A stretch of DNA of 64,000 nucleotides from a virus (IMGVR_UViG_3300009132_000002), one strand, 5' to 3'; counted from the stretch's first letter, positions 38,424 to 46,958 are shown. The notes: generated by a model not told the origin, from the sequence alone. Numbers and translations are program-made.

Positions 38424-38694
38424 CTTTATTTTCCTTTAACTTCCGTTTCATATATTCATGATAACTTTCTTGACGTTCAGTTATATGAGTGCCATATTCT
38501 TTTCGGAGGGACTTAATACTATTTATATCAAGCCACCAATTTTCTGGTTGAATATGTTTTCTTTGATATTCTTCAATTTTTTCCATTAAATATTCCGCTA
38601 TTGTATATGTTGGTTTACCGCAAAAATCATCTAATCGATGTTTTTGAATTAAATCTTGTAAATCTCTTTTAAACGCGTGTGGTGGTTGAGCCAT
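38416..38694 (-). CDS. hypothetical protein (92 aa)
   Basis: ORF track. Confidence 0.4.
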   Translation of the reverse strand: MAQPPHAFKRDLQDLIQKHRLDDFCGKPTYTIAEYLMEKIEEYQRKHIQPENWWLDINSIKSLRKEYGTHITERQESYHEYMKRKLKENKDD

Positions 38695-38865
38695 TAATAT
38701 CCTTGCTTTCTTCGTATATTTTTTTACATTCCTTTGAACAAAACCAAATTTTATTATTTATTTTATGACCGCACCAAGTATCAATGGCTTTATGATCACC
38801 ATTTTTAAGAGGTATAAAGCGTAAATGTTTTTTTCCACATTTCATTTATTTTTTCTAATTATAGG

Positions 38866-39039
38866 TTAATCCTTAAGCTCTAAATCCATTTTGACTAGAA
38901 CTGCTTCACCTTCAAAAATTAAAACAACAAATGTATCTGCATTTTGAATACCCAAATCTTTAGAAGATAAGTTTGTTTTAAGTCGAATATGACCATCACT
39001 ATCTACAGAAAAAGTATTCTGTGAACTCGCATTTCTCAT
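38866..39039 (-). CDS. small AbrB/MazE-like protein (57 aa), below ORF-track size cut-off
   Basis: MRNASSQNTFSVDSDGHIRLKTNLSSKDLGIQNADTFVVLIFEGEAVLVKMDLELKD resembles the swapped-hairpin AbrB fold. Confidence 0.3.
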   Translation of the reverse strand: MRNASSQNTFSVDSDGHIRLKTNLSSKDLGIQNADTFVVLIFEGEAVLVKMDLELKD

Positions 39040-39056
39040 AATATAATCTTTCTATT

Positions 39057-39566
39057 TTACATTCCAACGTCAACCATTACGGTCTGACCAACCCAATGTT
39101 TTTGATTGCTATAAAAATAACCACGTTTATTACCATACTTCCAGTGCACAATTTGTGTTTGTACTTGCTGATTTATTGGTTGATAAACAGTGTTACAAAC
39201 TTGTTGAGATTTATAACCAACGATTTGTCTTGATTGACCACCTTTTGTTGTACTACCAAGAAGACCACCTATAATAGCACCGGGCAAAATACCAGAGTCA
39301 TTACCTTTAGATGTTCCTCCAATTAGACCGCCAATAATTGCTCCAGCAAGAACATTATTATTAACACCTATAGCGTGTTGGTTACGAACTGTTCCATATA
39401 CCGGAACTTGCTGTAAAGAACATTCTTGAACTGGCTCTTGAGTTTGTTGCTGAACATTTACATTTTCTATATACCAAACTTCAGCACCTTGTGTAACAGC
39501 TAAAGCCGCTGAAGCGGTCATAGCAAATACAATTGCAGTTAAAGTTTTTTTCATTTTTTTCTCCAT
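39057..39566 (-). CDS. secreted glycine-zipper (Gly-zipper_Omp / 17-kDa-antigen-like) protein
   Basis: Signal peptide MKKTLTAIVFAMTASAALA; two GAIIGGLIGG-type glycine zippers. Confidence 0.55.
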   Translation of the reverse strand: MEKKMKKTLTAIVFAMTASAALAVTQGAEVWYIENVNVQQQTQEPVQECSLQQVPVYGTVRNQHAIGVNNNVLAGAIIGGLIGGTSKGNDSGILPGAIIGGLLGSTTKGGQSRQIVGYKSQQVCNTVYQPINQQVQTQIVHWKYGNKRGYFYSNQKHWVGQTVMVDVGM

Positions 39567-39609
39567 TAGATTTTACTATTCTAATATATTTTTTGGAAAA
39601 AGTAAACCC

Positions 39610-40104
39610 CTAATTTACACTTTTTCTTCTAATTGCTATTGCCTTTTTAGGATCAAATTTAGCATAGCTTACAGTATTGTCTTGATTTCCACCCAAGATT
39701 ATCCATCTTGTTTTATTTTCATATTGAACTTCTTCTATAAAGAAACCTACATGTCCTTGCCATATTTTATCTCCTCTTGGAAATACTACTATGTCACCTT
39801 TTCTAGGTTTATCTAATACTTCTTCACCCCAAGTTAGAAATGATCTAGCCAAAAGTGGATAATCACTTGTAACTTCAGATCCGGATATTCCTTGCATATC
39901 AAGAACAAAATTAACAAATGCTGCACACCATTGAGTATATACTGGGTCAACACCGACTAATTTTTTTATTTGATTTCTGTCTTTATTTTCATCTAAGCCA
40001 ATATATTGTTCTGCTGGTTTAGATAAATCTTGAAATTCCTCTATAGGTTGACACGCTATAAGAAAACTTAAACAGAAAATTCCTACTGCATTTTTTCTAA
40101 ACAT
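39610..40104 (-). CDS. NlpC/P60 (CHAP-like) peptidoglycan hydrolase lipoprotein
   Basis: Lipobox FLIAC; catalytic Cys in QWCAAFVNFV and His in QGHVGFF. Confidence 0.6.
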   Translation of the reverse strand: MFRKNAVGIFCLSFLIACQPIEEFQDLSKPAEQYIGLDENKDRNQIKKLVGVDPVYTQWCAAFVNFVLDMQGISGSEVTSDYPLLARSFLTWGEEVLDKPRKGDIVVFPRGDKIWQGHVGFFIEEVQYENKTRWIILGGNQDNTVSYAKFDPKKAIAIRRKSVN

Positions 40105-40838
40105 GGCAGATATGCACCCATTGGATGATCACCAATGTTGTCTATTTTGCCTTTCTTTAAGCCCATCCACATGCCCATCAGTCTATCTTTCACTCTTCTC
40201 CAGCCTGTGGCTTTACTATAATCGCCGTGTCTATTAAAATAGTGCATAGTACCATGATGTCTATAACCCATAATCCAAAGAGGAACACGAGTAACTACAT
40301 CATTATTATTTACAAATCTGTGGTGAATCATTCCTAGACTCTTAACATATTTTTTCCAGCCAACTCTTGGCGAACCATATGTGTAAACTTCTACAGGATC
40401 TGCAAGCTTTTCATCGTGAAATGCTCTACTAGCCATAATAGTTGTCATTGCAGCACCTAAACTGTGTCCACAAAACCATAGCTTTTTTCTTACGTTTGTT
40501 TTAACTTCAAGATGTGGTTTTATCATTGGCCATAAATCATCAACTTCGGCTTTAAATCCTTGATGTACTCTGCTTATAGTTTCTGCCATGACAGGTACTG
40601 CTTTTAAATCAGCTTTAACATCATTCCATTGAGTTGGTTCTGTGCCTCTACAAGCAATAACAATGTCATATTTATTCATAAATCTATATGCTTGGGCGCC
40701 ATCTCTATCATAAAATGTTGTTTGATTAAATCCTAAACGTCTTGCAGCTTTCTTCGCTTCTTCAAAAGGTAAATACGATATAGCTGCTAATTTACCAAAT
40801 AATAAACTTCTTTCTTCAAATGATAATCTGGATAGCAT
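40083..40838 (-). CDS. class 3 lipase / alpha-beta hydrolase
   Basis: Nucleophile elbow FCGHSLGAAMTT; late promoter TATAAATA at 40866-40873, 28 nt upstream. Confidence 0.65.
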   Translation of the reverse strand: MLSRLSFEERSLLFGKLAAISYLPFEEAKKAARRLGFNQTTFYDRDGAQAYRFMNKYDIVIACRGTEPTQWNDVKADLKAVPVMAETISRVHQGFKAEVDDLWPMIKPHLEVKTNVRKKLWFCGHSLGAAMTTIMASRAFHDEKLADPVEVYTYGSPRVGWKKYVKSLGMIHHRFVNNNDVVTRVPLWIMGYRHHGTMHYFNRHGDYSKATGWRRVKDRLMGMWMGLKKGKIDNIGDHPMGAYLPCLEKMQ

Positions 40839-40865
40839 TTTGAGCTCCTATGTTTCTATAGAAGC

Positions 40866-40873
40866 TATTTATA
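40866..40873 (-). promoter_or_regulatory. T4-type late promoter TATAAATA upstream of the lipase gene
   Basis: 28 nt upstream of the 40838 start. Confidence 0.6.
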
Positions 40874-40876
40874 TAT

Positions 40877-41209
40877 TTAAACTGTTATATCAATAGTTCC
40901 ACCCGAAGGTTTGCCAACTGTTTGTTTGAAATATGCTCTTAATCTTAAATCTTGAATTAAACTTAACCATTTATCCTGTTTATCATAAAATTCTTTCAAT
41001 AAATCTATATTAACTGATGCTCTAGTCGCAGGTTCAACTACTCGTCGAGCTTCTGTTTTTGGTGGTCTAATATTTTCTGCATTTGGAAATGTATTTGCAC
41101 TAAATGGCATATTTTTAGATTTGCCTACTAGTGATTTATCACCTTCGTTCATAGGCATAGAACTATTACTTTGAAATAATTGGGCTTGTTTAAGTATATG
41201 TGTTTCCAT
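40877..41209 (-). CDS. hypothetical late protein (about 110 aa)
   Basis: Start moved to Met15 (METHILK, 'cat' 41207-09) because a late promoter TATAAATA (41236-41243) lies inside the longer ORF. Confidence 0.45.
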   Translation of the reverse strand: METHILKQAQLFQSNSSMPMNEGDKSLVGKSKNMPFSANTFPNAENIRPPKTEARRVVEPATRASVNIDLLKEFYDKQDKWLSLIQDLRLRAYFKQTVGKPSGGTIDITV

Positions 41210-41235
41210 ACTATTTCTCCGTGTTGGTATAATAG

Positions 41236-41243
41236 TATTTATA
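41236..41243 (-). promoter_or_regulatory. T4-type late promoter TATAAATA
   Basis: 27 nt upstream of Met15 of ORF 40877-41251. Confidence 0.55.
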
Positions 41244-41664
41244 TAAAGCAAAGCTATACCAGTGTCATCGTTAAGGATAAACCTACTGGCATGACAGACA
41301 CTCCCCGCATTCTAGCTGCGGCTGATATAACTTTACATTTTCGAAGAAAGTCATAGCAGCTGATAACTTTCCCTTAATCGCACATATCGGCCACGATGTT
41401 CCGCCTAGGTTTTGACGTACTAGGAACTAACGTACCTATGTTAGAGGGCCACTTCCATGGACATAGGAGTTTTTTGGGTACGTTCGACGAAATTGTCAGG
41501 CATTCCCCTTCGCCCTTATCCAATCAGATGCATCTGATTGAATTCTGTTAGTTTAACCAATACAATTGGTCAAACAAAGAGTAAAAGGATTTCCATCCTG
41601 TACTGCAGCAATTAGAAGCATGATGCCATACACTAATTCCATTTTCACTTCTCCTCATAATATA

Positions 41665-41749
41665 TGGTACGCCTGGAGGGCTTCGAACCCCCACTCCTTA
41701 CGGAACTAGATCCTAAATCTAGCGTGTCTGCCTATTCCACCACAGGCGC
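41665..41749 (-). tRNA. tRNA-Leu (anticodon TAG), type II
   Basis: Acceptor GCGCCTG/CAGGCGT, anticodon arm CTAGA-TTTAGGA-TCTAG, T-loop GGTTCGAAG, encoded CCA, long variable arm. Confidence 0.7.
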
Positions 41750-41754
41750 ATATT

Positions 41755-41827
41755 TGGTAGTGTTGGATAGAATCGAACTATCTCTTCAGGCTTATGAGAC
41801 CCGAGTCGGCACCTAACCGCAACACTA
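41755..41827 (-). tRNA. tRNA-Met/Ile2 (anticodon CAT)
   Basis: Acceptor AGTGTTG/CAACACT, T arm GATAG-TTCGATT-CTATC, loop CTCATAA, CCA encoded. Confidence 0.6.
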
Positions 41828-42364
41828 TTTTACTATAAGCTCATCAATATGAACGGGCTTATAATCAGTTTGTTCAACACATACACATTTGTATGGTCCA
41901 TTTGGGCTTGCATTTTGGTGAATATGACCATGAACATTAATTAGGTTATTTTCACCAAATCTATCTTTTTCTCCTAAAGTAGTTGGATGTGCTGGAGTAT
42001 GTGTAAACAATAATCCATGCGGCATATTTTCTAAAAGAAGATGTCTCCATAACGTTACCTTTTTAAAAAAAGGAGCTAACATTTTTATGTTATCGTGGTT
42101 ACCAACAACCAATCTTTTTCGTCCGGGCAACTTTACAAAATTTTCTTCTAGCCACTCTACCTTGTTTAAACCGAAAAGAACATCACCCAAATGATAGATA
42201 ATATCACCGGGTTTGACAGTGTCATTCCAATTGTCTAACATACACTCATTCATTTCATTAACATTAGAAAAATTACGTGTTGGTTTACCAACAGAATCTT
42301 TAAAGGTTAATATGTTTGAATGATTAAAGTGTGTATCACTAATAACCCATATATCTCTATTCAT
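41825..42364 (-). CDS. calcineurin-like metallophosphoesterase
   Basis: ISDTHFNH, LGDVLF, GNHDN, HGHIH motifs. Confidence 0.65.
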   Translation of the reverse strand: MNRDIWVISDTHFNHSNILTFKDSVGKPTRNFSNVNEMNECMLDNWNDTVKPGDIIYHLGDVLFGLNKVEWLEENFVKLPGRKRLVVGNHDNIKMLAPFFKKVTLWRHLLLENMPHGLLFTHTPAHPTTLGEKDRFGENNLINVHGHIHQNASPNGPYKCVCVEQTDYKPVHIDELIVK

Positions 42365-42554
42365 AGTACATTCCTTTATGAATTGGCAACTGAGGCTCTG
42401 TTATTACCTTCTCTGAGAGGGCCAGTCATTTCGCTCTTTACGTCCTTAGAATCGCAGCAAGGACTTCCAACTTATGAAACTAATATACTATAGTTCTTAT
42501 GATAAGTAAATAGATAAAATATGTTTTTACCTTTCTGTGACAAATATGTTACAG

Positions 42555-42989
42555 TCAATGATGATAAGAATTTTTGACTTCAACAAATGCACCATCTTCA
42601 ACTTTAAAGAAATTTGTTGGATGTTTATTAATGTCTCCCGTACAGCGAAAATATGCTCTACCACCATCTAAGGCTATAGTACCAACAGCATGGAAATCGT
42701 GTCTATGTTGACTATAATGCCAACAATCACCCACCTCTTTCATTCCAAACTCAACCTTTTCAATTCTATCAGCATTTGTAATCACCATATCATCATGGTA
42801 CCAATATAAACCAAAATATTTATTTCCAAATTCTGGATGAGGTGTCTCTCTATAAAAAATATCCATCGCTTTGGATTCATAACCGAGAGCGCTTGTACAG
42901 ATATACTTTATTTCAACACCATCTTTTTTAGAATAGTGATCCACAATAGTTGCGGTATTAAAGATAGGTCTATGACAAATATTAAACAT
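42555..42989 (-). CDS. hypothetical His-rich protein, possibly cupin-like
   Basis: Start moved to Met54 (MFNICHRP, RBS AAGGGA) because an early promoter (-35 at about 43044-50) lies inside the longer ORF-track version. Confidence 0.4.
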   Translation of the reverse strand: MFNICHRPIFNTATIVDHYSKKDGVEIKYICTSALGYESKAMDIFYRETPHPEFGNKYFGLYWYHDDMVITNADRIEKVEFGMKEVGDCWHYSQHRHDFHAVGTIALDGGRAYFRCTGDINKHPTNFFKVEDGAFVEVKNSYHH

Positions 42990-43009
42990 GATATTTCCCT
43001 TATTAATCC

Positions 43010-43052
43010 TTTCACTACTAGTATAACATATTTTTTCTAATTTGTAAACCAT
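43010..43052 (-). promoter_or_regulatory. early promoter (GTTTACA-N17-TATACT)
   Basis: Minus strand GGTTTACAAATTAGAAAAAATATGTTATAC. Confidence 0.45.
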
Positions 43053-43070
43053 TTTATGCATTATATTATT

Positions 43071-43146
43071 TGGAGTACGTGACTGGATTCGAACCAGCAT
43101 GATCCGGGGTTGCAATCCGGCGCCTAACCATTCAGTCCACACGCAC
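43071..43146 (-). tRNA. tRNA-Cys (anticodon GCA), tentative
   Basis: Acceptor GTGCGTG/CACGTAC, anticodon loop TTGCAAC, T arm GCTGG-TTCGAAT-CCAGT, CCA encoded; D arm irregular. Confidence 0.45.
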
Positions 43147-43153
43147 ATATTTT

Positions 43154-43230
43154 TGGAGAACCGTCAGGGGTTCGAACCCTGGACCCCCCGATTAAAAGTC
43201 GGGTGCTCTACCAACTGAAGCTAACGGTTC
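43154..43230 (-). tRNA. tRNA-Lys (anticodon TTT)
   Basis: Acceptor GAACCGT/ACGGTTC, loop CTTTTAA, T-loop GGTTCGAAC, CCA. Confidence 0.75.
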
Positions 43231-43237
43231 AATAAAA

Positions 43238-43313
43238 TGGCGGTCTCAGAAGGACTCGAACCTTCAACCTACGGTTTAGAAGACCGTTGCTCTTCCAGTT
43301 GAGCTATGAGACC
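43238..43313 (-). tRNA. tRNA-Arg (anticodon TCT)
   Basis: Acceptor GGTCTCA/TGAGACC, anticodon arm ACGGT-CTTCTAA-ACCGT, T-loop GGTTCGAGT, CCA. Confidence 0.75.
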
Positions 43314-43314
43314 A

Positions 43315-43689
43315 TTATTCTTTTTCATTAAGTGGCTTAAAGCCATCTAATTTTTCTGTTCTTGGTTCTGGTGTTACAATTTCTTTATCAGAACCATATT
43401 GTTGTTTATGAACTACTTCATTATGAATTTGCTTACTATCTACACTGCGTACGATATAGAAACCTTTATTATATGAAGATATAGCAAAAACTAAAAAGGC
43501 TAAACCAACCGCTATTTTAAATGCGATTTTGACCTTCTTTAGTGCTTCAATTCTATCGCCAAAAATTTCGTTTTCAGGCTCTTTCAGGAATCCTCGGCAT
43601 ATAATATATACGCCGAAGATAAACACTAGAGAAATAATAAGTTTAGCAATTGCATATAGAAGTGCAGAAACTAAAAATGTAAACTCCAT
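43315..43689 (-). CDS. membrane protein (124 aa), partner of the SPFH protein (NfeD-like role suspected)
   Basis: Two TM segments; start 8 nt after the SPFH gene stop. Confidence 0.5.
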   Translation of the reverse strand: MEFTFLVSALLYAIAKLIISLVFIFGVYIICRGFLKEPENEIFGDRIEALKKVKIAFKIAVGLAFLVFAISSYNKGFYIVRSVDSKQIHNEVVHKQQYGSDKEIVTPEPRTEKLDGFKPLNEKE

Positions 43690-43696
43690 TTTTCAC

Positions 43697-44611
43697 CTAT
43701 TTTTTGGTTGGATCAGTTAAAGCAATAGCTGTTTCTAATCCTTGTGAACTTAGCATCTCAACTGGAAAGAATACAACATTTTCATTTCCACCTAGAGATT
43801 CAAGAACCTTCAACCGGCGATACTCTAATAGATCTGGAGTTACACCATTTGCAAGAATACGATTAGTTTCTGCAATTGTTTCAGCTTGTAGAATTTCAGC
43901 ATCTCGTTCTGCTCGTTCAACTTCTAGTTGAGCTTGTGCTTCTCGGATCCGAACTTGAGCATCAGCTTCTGCTCTTTCAATTGCAATGGTACGTTCTGCT
44001 GTGGCTTCCATAGCTTCACGTACAACATCTGGAAACTTAATGCTAGCTAAACCAAATTGTTTAACATCAAATGGTGTTCCTGCAAGTGCTTCTTCAACAA
44101 CATTTCTAAGGGATGCTGAGATTGCTGCCTGATTTGCTGCAATTTCTGATGTTGAATATTCTGACAGCTTAGATCGAACAATGTTACGAACAACTGCTTT
44201 ACCATAAACATCATAAATTCGAGCTAAATCAATATACATTTGATTTGTACCATCACGCCGTGAAGGTGATACCCGATCAAATACACCACGGAGAACTTTT
44301 TCATCCTGAGATAAACCTAGTGTAAATCTAACATCAACACTGATAATCAGGTTATCTTTTGGTAATAGGACATCTAAACTTTCCAGCATACCTTCGTCAC
44401 CTGCTTGGATAACAACTAACTTTTCACAGCCAACTGTCCACCACATACATGGCTTAAGTCTAAACGTTGATGGATTAATGACATCGCCAATATAACCATT
44501 AGGTCCAAGAACCATACCTACAGAAGCGGTTGGAACTTGCGCTCTTTCTCCACATGCTGTTAAAGCTAGTACTGATGCAGAAAGTAGAGACATTTTCAAA
44601 TATTTGTTCAT
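43697..44611 (-). CDS. SPFH / band-7 (stomatin-prohibitin-HflK/C) domain lipoprotein
   Basis: Lipobox LTAC after signal peptide; SPFH core; C-terminal Ala/Glu/Arg-rich coiled coil (ERAEADAQVRIREAQAQLEVERAERDAEILQ); strong sigma70 promoter 44660-44689. Confidence 0.7.
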   Translation of the reverse strand: MNKYLKMSLLSASVLALTACGERAQVPTASVGMVLGPNGYIGDVINPSTFRLKPCMWWTVGCEKLVVIQAGDEGMLESLDVLLPKDNLIISVDVRFTLGLSQDEKVLRGVFDRVSPSRRDGTNQMYIDLARIYDVYGKAVVRNIVRSKLSEYSTSEIAANQAAISASLRNVVEEALAGTPFDVKQFGLASIKFPDVVREAMEATAERTIAIERAEADAQVRIREAQAQLEVERAERDAEILQAETIAETNRILANGVTPDLLEYRRLKVLESLGGNENVVFFPVEMLSSQGLETAIALTDPTKK

Positions 44612-44659
44612 TCGAACACAATCATCCTTTTATTGTTTAAAATTTATAATAACTATACA

Positions 44660-44689
44660 ATTATAACATAAAATTTAATAATTGTAAAC
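44660..44689 (-). promoter_or_regulatory. strong sigma70-type promoter (GTTTACA-N17-TATAAT) for the SPFH operon
   Basis: Consensus -35 and -10 with 17-bp spacer; 49 nt upstream of the SPFH start. Confidence 0.6.
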
Positions 44690-44701
44690 CTTTTTTTTTA
44701 T

Positions 44702-44785
44702 TGGTGGGTCGAGCAGGAATCGAACCTGCCGTGCTTTTCAGCGGAGGATTTACAATCCCCTGTCACACCTTGTAACATCCGACCC
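44702..44785 (-). tRNA. tRNA-Tyr (anticodon GTA), type II
   Basis: Acceptor GGGTCGG/TCGACCC, anticodon arm GGGGA-TTGTAAA-TCCTC, T-loop GGTTCGATT, CCA. Confidence 0.7.
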
Positions 44786-44790
44786 AAATC

Positions 44791-44882
44791 TGGAAGAAAG
44801 CGGGTGGTATCGAACCCCAAGGAGCTACTAACCCCTCCACTAGTTTTCAAGACTAGGCTGTAGACCTCTACAGATCACTTTC
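44791..44882 (-). tRNA. tRNA-Ser (anticodon TGA), type II
   Basis: Anticodon arm CTAGT-CTTGAAA-ACTAG, long variable arm, T-loop GGTTCGATA, CCA. Confidence 0.7.
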
Positions 44883-44888
44883 CATATT

Positions 44889-44962
44889 TTGGTTGTCCTA
44901 GAAAGAATCGAACTTACATCTCACGATTATCAGTCGCGTGCTCTACCGTTGAGCTATAGGAC
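44889..44962 (-). tRNA. tRNA-Ile (anticodon GAT)
   Basis: Acceptor TGTCCTA/TAGGACA, D arm GCTC-AACGGTA-GAGC, loop CTGATAA, T-loop AGTTCGATT, CCA. Confidence 0.7.
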
Positions 44963-45377
44963 AATATTTTTTGTGGCGACACCACGGGAAGTTTAACCCG
45001 ACAGCAAATAGCAGTAAAACCAGTAACTGAACGTATGAGGTTCAATTATAAACCACTAGACTCACCACTTCCTAGGCACTGTCATGTTGTTTAACCAACA
45101 AGCTCCTAGCCACGGAAGTCTGATAACACACGTTCACAAATTCTGGTAAATTTGCTTCTATGCTTATCAGTGCCGCATTCGTATATAATTTGGTGCAGCT
45201 TACGGAATCGAACCGGGGTGATCAAGCCCATCTATCTAGAATGCCGTCCAACGGCTTCACTGCACAATTTAGTCAAAAGCAGAACATCAGGTGGGGACTC
45301 ACCCGACCCAATGTCCCAATGTGTTGTCGACAGCGCTTAGCAAATGCCAGTGGGGCAAGCCGACTGCTCTTAAGTTT

Positions 45378-45454
45378 TGGCTCCCTACTGAGGATTCGAA
45401 CCTCAAACACACAGATTAACAGTCTGCCGCCCCTGCCAATAGGGCCCCTAGGGA
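45378..45454 (-). tRNA. tRNA-Asn (anticodon GTT)
   Basis: D stem GCCC/GGGC, anticodon arm GCAGA-CTGTTAA-TCTGT, T arm TGAGG-TTCGAAT-CCTCA, CCA. Confidence 0.65.
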
Positions 45455-46063
45455 ATAATTCTCTTAGCTTTTTGACACGTTATTCCGTTTCATGCCTAAG
45501 TTCTTTTCAGCTAATGACTTTCAAGGTGTGCGTATTATGCGCTGGCCAACTCGGAACCCCGTTCGCACTCATTTGTATTTTCGTCAACACCCAATCTTTT
45601 CTCTTCCCCCTCACACAAGGAACGATGAGTTCGCAATCACGCTTATCATTATTCCTATAAAGAGCAGGTGTGCTGTGATAAAATAGAGTATCAATCCAAA
45701 TCGTGCTACCTCTACACTATAGGAGCCATAGCCCCTAGCAGGGATCGAACCTACGCCTATCCGGAGATGATACTCTACATTATCCTATACACCAGTTAAA
45801 CTTTTTTAACACCGTCGACTGTGTAACTGGATGTTGACGAAAATACAAAACAGTTTGGTTTTCCGTATCACTGGTCACGACACCACAGTATAGAGTTATC
45901 ACATAATTACTTTAGCTGGTTAAGCTTTAGTTGTATATGTATCAACTTGTATATCAAGGGAACTGACGGGACCAACCGCCTTCATCCTATCAAGAACTTA
46001 GTCTATCTCTAGTAACTGTCCATCGCGCAACCATCCACCGCCGTAACACTGGACACGGAAACT

Positions 46064-46139
46064 TGGCTCCCCAGCGAGGATTCGAACCTCGGACCTTCCG
46101 GTTAACAGCCGGCTGCTCTACCACTAAAGCTACTGGGAA
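46064..46139 (-). tRNA. tRNA with anticodon GTT (second Asn-like copy, identity uncertain)
   Basis: Acceptor TTCCCAG/CTGGGGA, D arm GCTT-TAGTGGTA-GAGC, loop CTGTTAA, T arm CGAGG-TTCGAAT-CCTCG, CCA. Confidence 0.5.
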
Positions 46140-46150
46140 AAATTCTTTTT

Positions 46151-46226
46151 TGGCGCTCCCGGAAGGACTCGAACCCTCAACCTCTTAGTTCGTAGCCAAG
46201 TGCTCTTCCAATTGAGCTACGGAAGC
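46151..46226 (-). tRNA. tRNA-Arg (anticodon ACG)
   Basis: Acceptor GCTTCCG/CGGGAGC, anticodon arm CTTGG-CTACGAA-CTAAG, T-loop GGTTCGAGT, CCA. Confidence 0.7.
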
Positions 46227-46235
46227 ATTTATTAT

Positions 46236-46310
46236 TGGTGCTATGGGGAGGGATCGAACCCCCGACACCAGGATCTTCAATCCTGTGTTCTACCTCTGAA
46301 CTACCATAGC
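46236..46310 (-). tRNA. tRNA-Phe (anticodon GAA)
   Basis: Acceptor GCTATGG/CCATAGC, anticodon arm CAGGA-TTGAAGA-TCCTG, T-loop GGTTCGATC, CCA. Confidence 0.75.
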
Positions 46311-46317
46311 GTAATTT

Positions 46318-46393
46318 TGGTACGGGATAAAGGAGTCGAACCTATGACCTTCTGTGTGTAAAACAGCTGCTCTACCAACTGAGCTAATCCCGC
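46318..46393 (-). tRNA. tRNA-Val (anticodon TAC)
   Basis: D arm GCTC-AGTTGGTA-GAGC, anticodon arm CTGT-TTTACAC-ACAG, T-loop GGTTCGACT, CCA. Confidence 0.6.
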
Positions 46394-46466
46394 TCTAATA
46401 GCAAACTTTTTAGAAGGGTAGTCTTTCCCCACTGTTTACCAGATATGTAAACGACTTTTTGTTTCT

Positions 46467-46958
46467 TCATTCTATTAGATTCTTTATATAATCTGTGCGG
46501 CCGTGAGCAACACCATCTGCTCCAAAGCTGGCTGCCCAACTTTCTGGCTTAAGCTTAGGTTCGATCCCTGTCATTCCAAGAACATAACCTGCTGCTTCAC
46601 TGGCCGCACAGTTTGAACCATGACGCGGGTCGGTGTTAATATCAAGATGTATCTCGATATCAAACTCGTCAATAAATGGTCCAATTTGAGTATATAATTC
46701 ACAAACTTTTTGAACTTCTTTCATCATCCGCATTTTGGGACGATTTGCTTTCATATCATAGTCTGGTTCACGTGAAGTATGAGAAAATATTTTACAACCT
46801 TTATTGCCATTTTTATGAATAATAGCAACAGTAGCATATCGAGCCATTTTACGCCCTTTAATATATCTTACTGAATCACAACCAAGATATACCTTTGTGT
46901 TTTCATCACATTCTACTAGTATATCAACCATTTCTTCGATCTGATTTTGTGTAAACAT
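46467..46958 (-). CDS. hypothetical protein (163 aa) embedded in the tRNA island
   Basis: ORF track; flanked by tRNA genes on both sides; possible RNase-H-like fold (speculative). Confidence 0.5.
   Translation of the reverse strand: MFTQNQIEEMVDILVECDENTKVYLGCDSVRYIKGRKMARYATVAIIHKNGNKGCKIFSHTSREPDYDMKANRPKMRMMKEVQKVCELYTQIGPFIDEFDIEIHLDINTDPRHGSNCAASEAAGYVLGMTGIEPKLKPESWAASFGADGVAHGRTDYIKNLIE

Noticed and set aside
45191-45262. Possible tRNA (tgg...GGTTCGATTCC T-loop, acceptor GTGCAGT/GCTGCAC)
   Set aside because: Acceptor and T-loop are plausible, but I could not fold a convincing D arm or anticodon arm by hand. It may be a degenerate tRNA and needs a tRNA finder.
45152-45686. Plus-strand ORFs 45152-45340, 45160-45660 and 45492-45686
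   Set aside because: They lie across minus-strand tRNA genes and GC-richer RNA-like spacer sequence. They have no RBS or promoter and are opposite in orientation to every real gene nearby.
45695-45760. tRNA 5' half (GGCTCCTATAGTGTAGAGGTAGCACG) adjacent to an orphan T arm (GCAGGGATCGAACCTAC)
   Set aside because: The pieces are in the wrong order to form one tRNA and no matching 3' acceptor was found. I tested an intron-containing tRNA-Asn hypothesis, but the contiguous fold of tRNA-Asn at 45378-45454 is better. Kept only as evidence of tRNA remnants.
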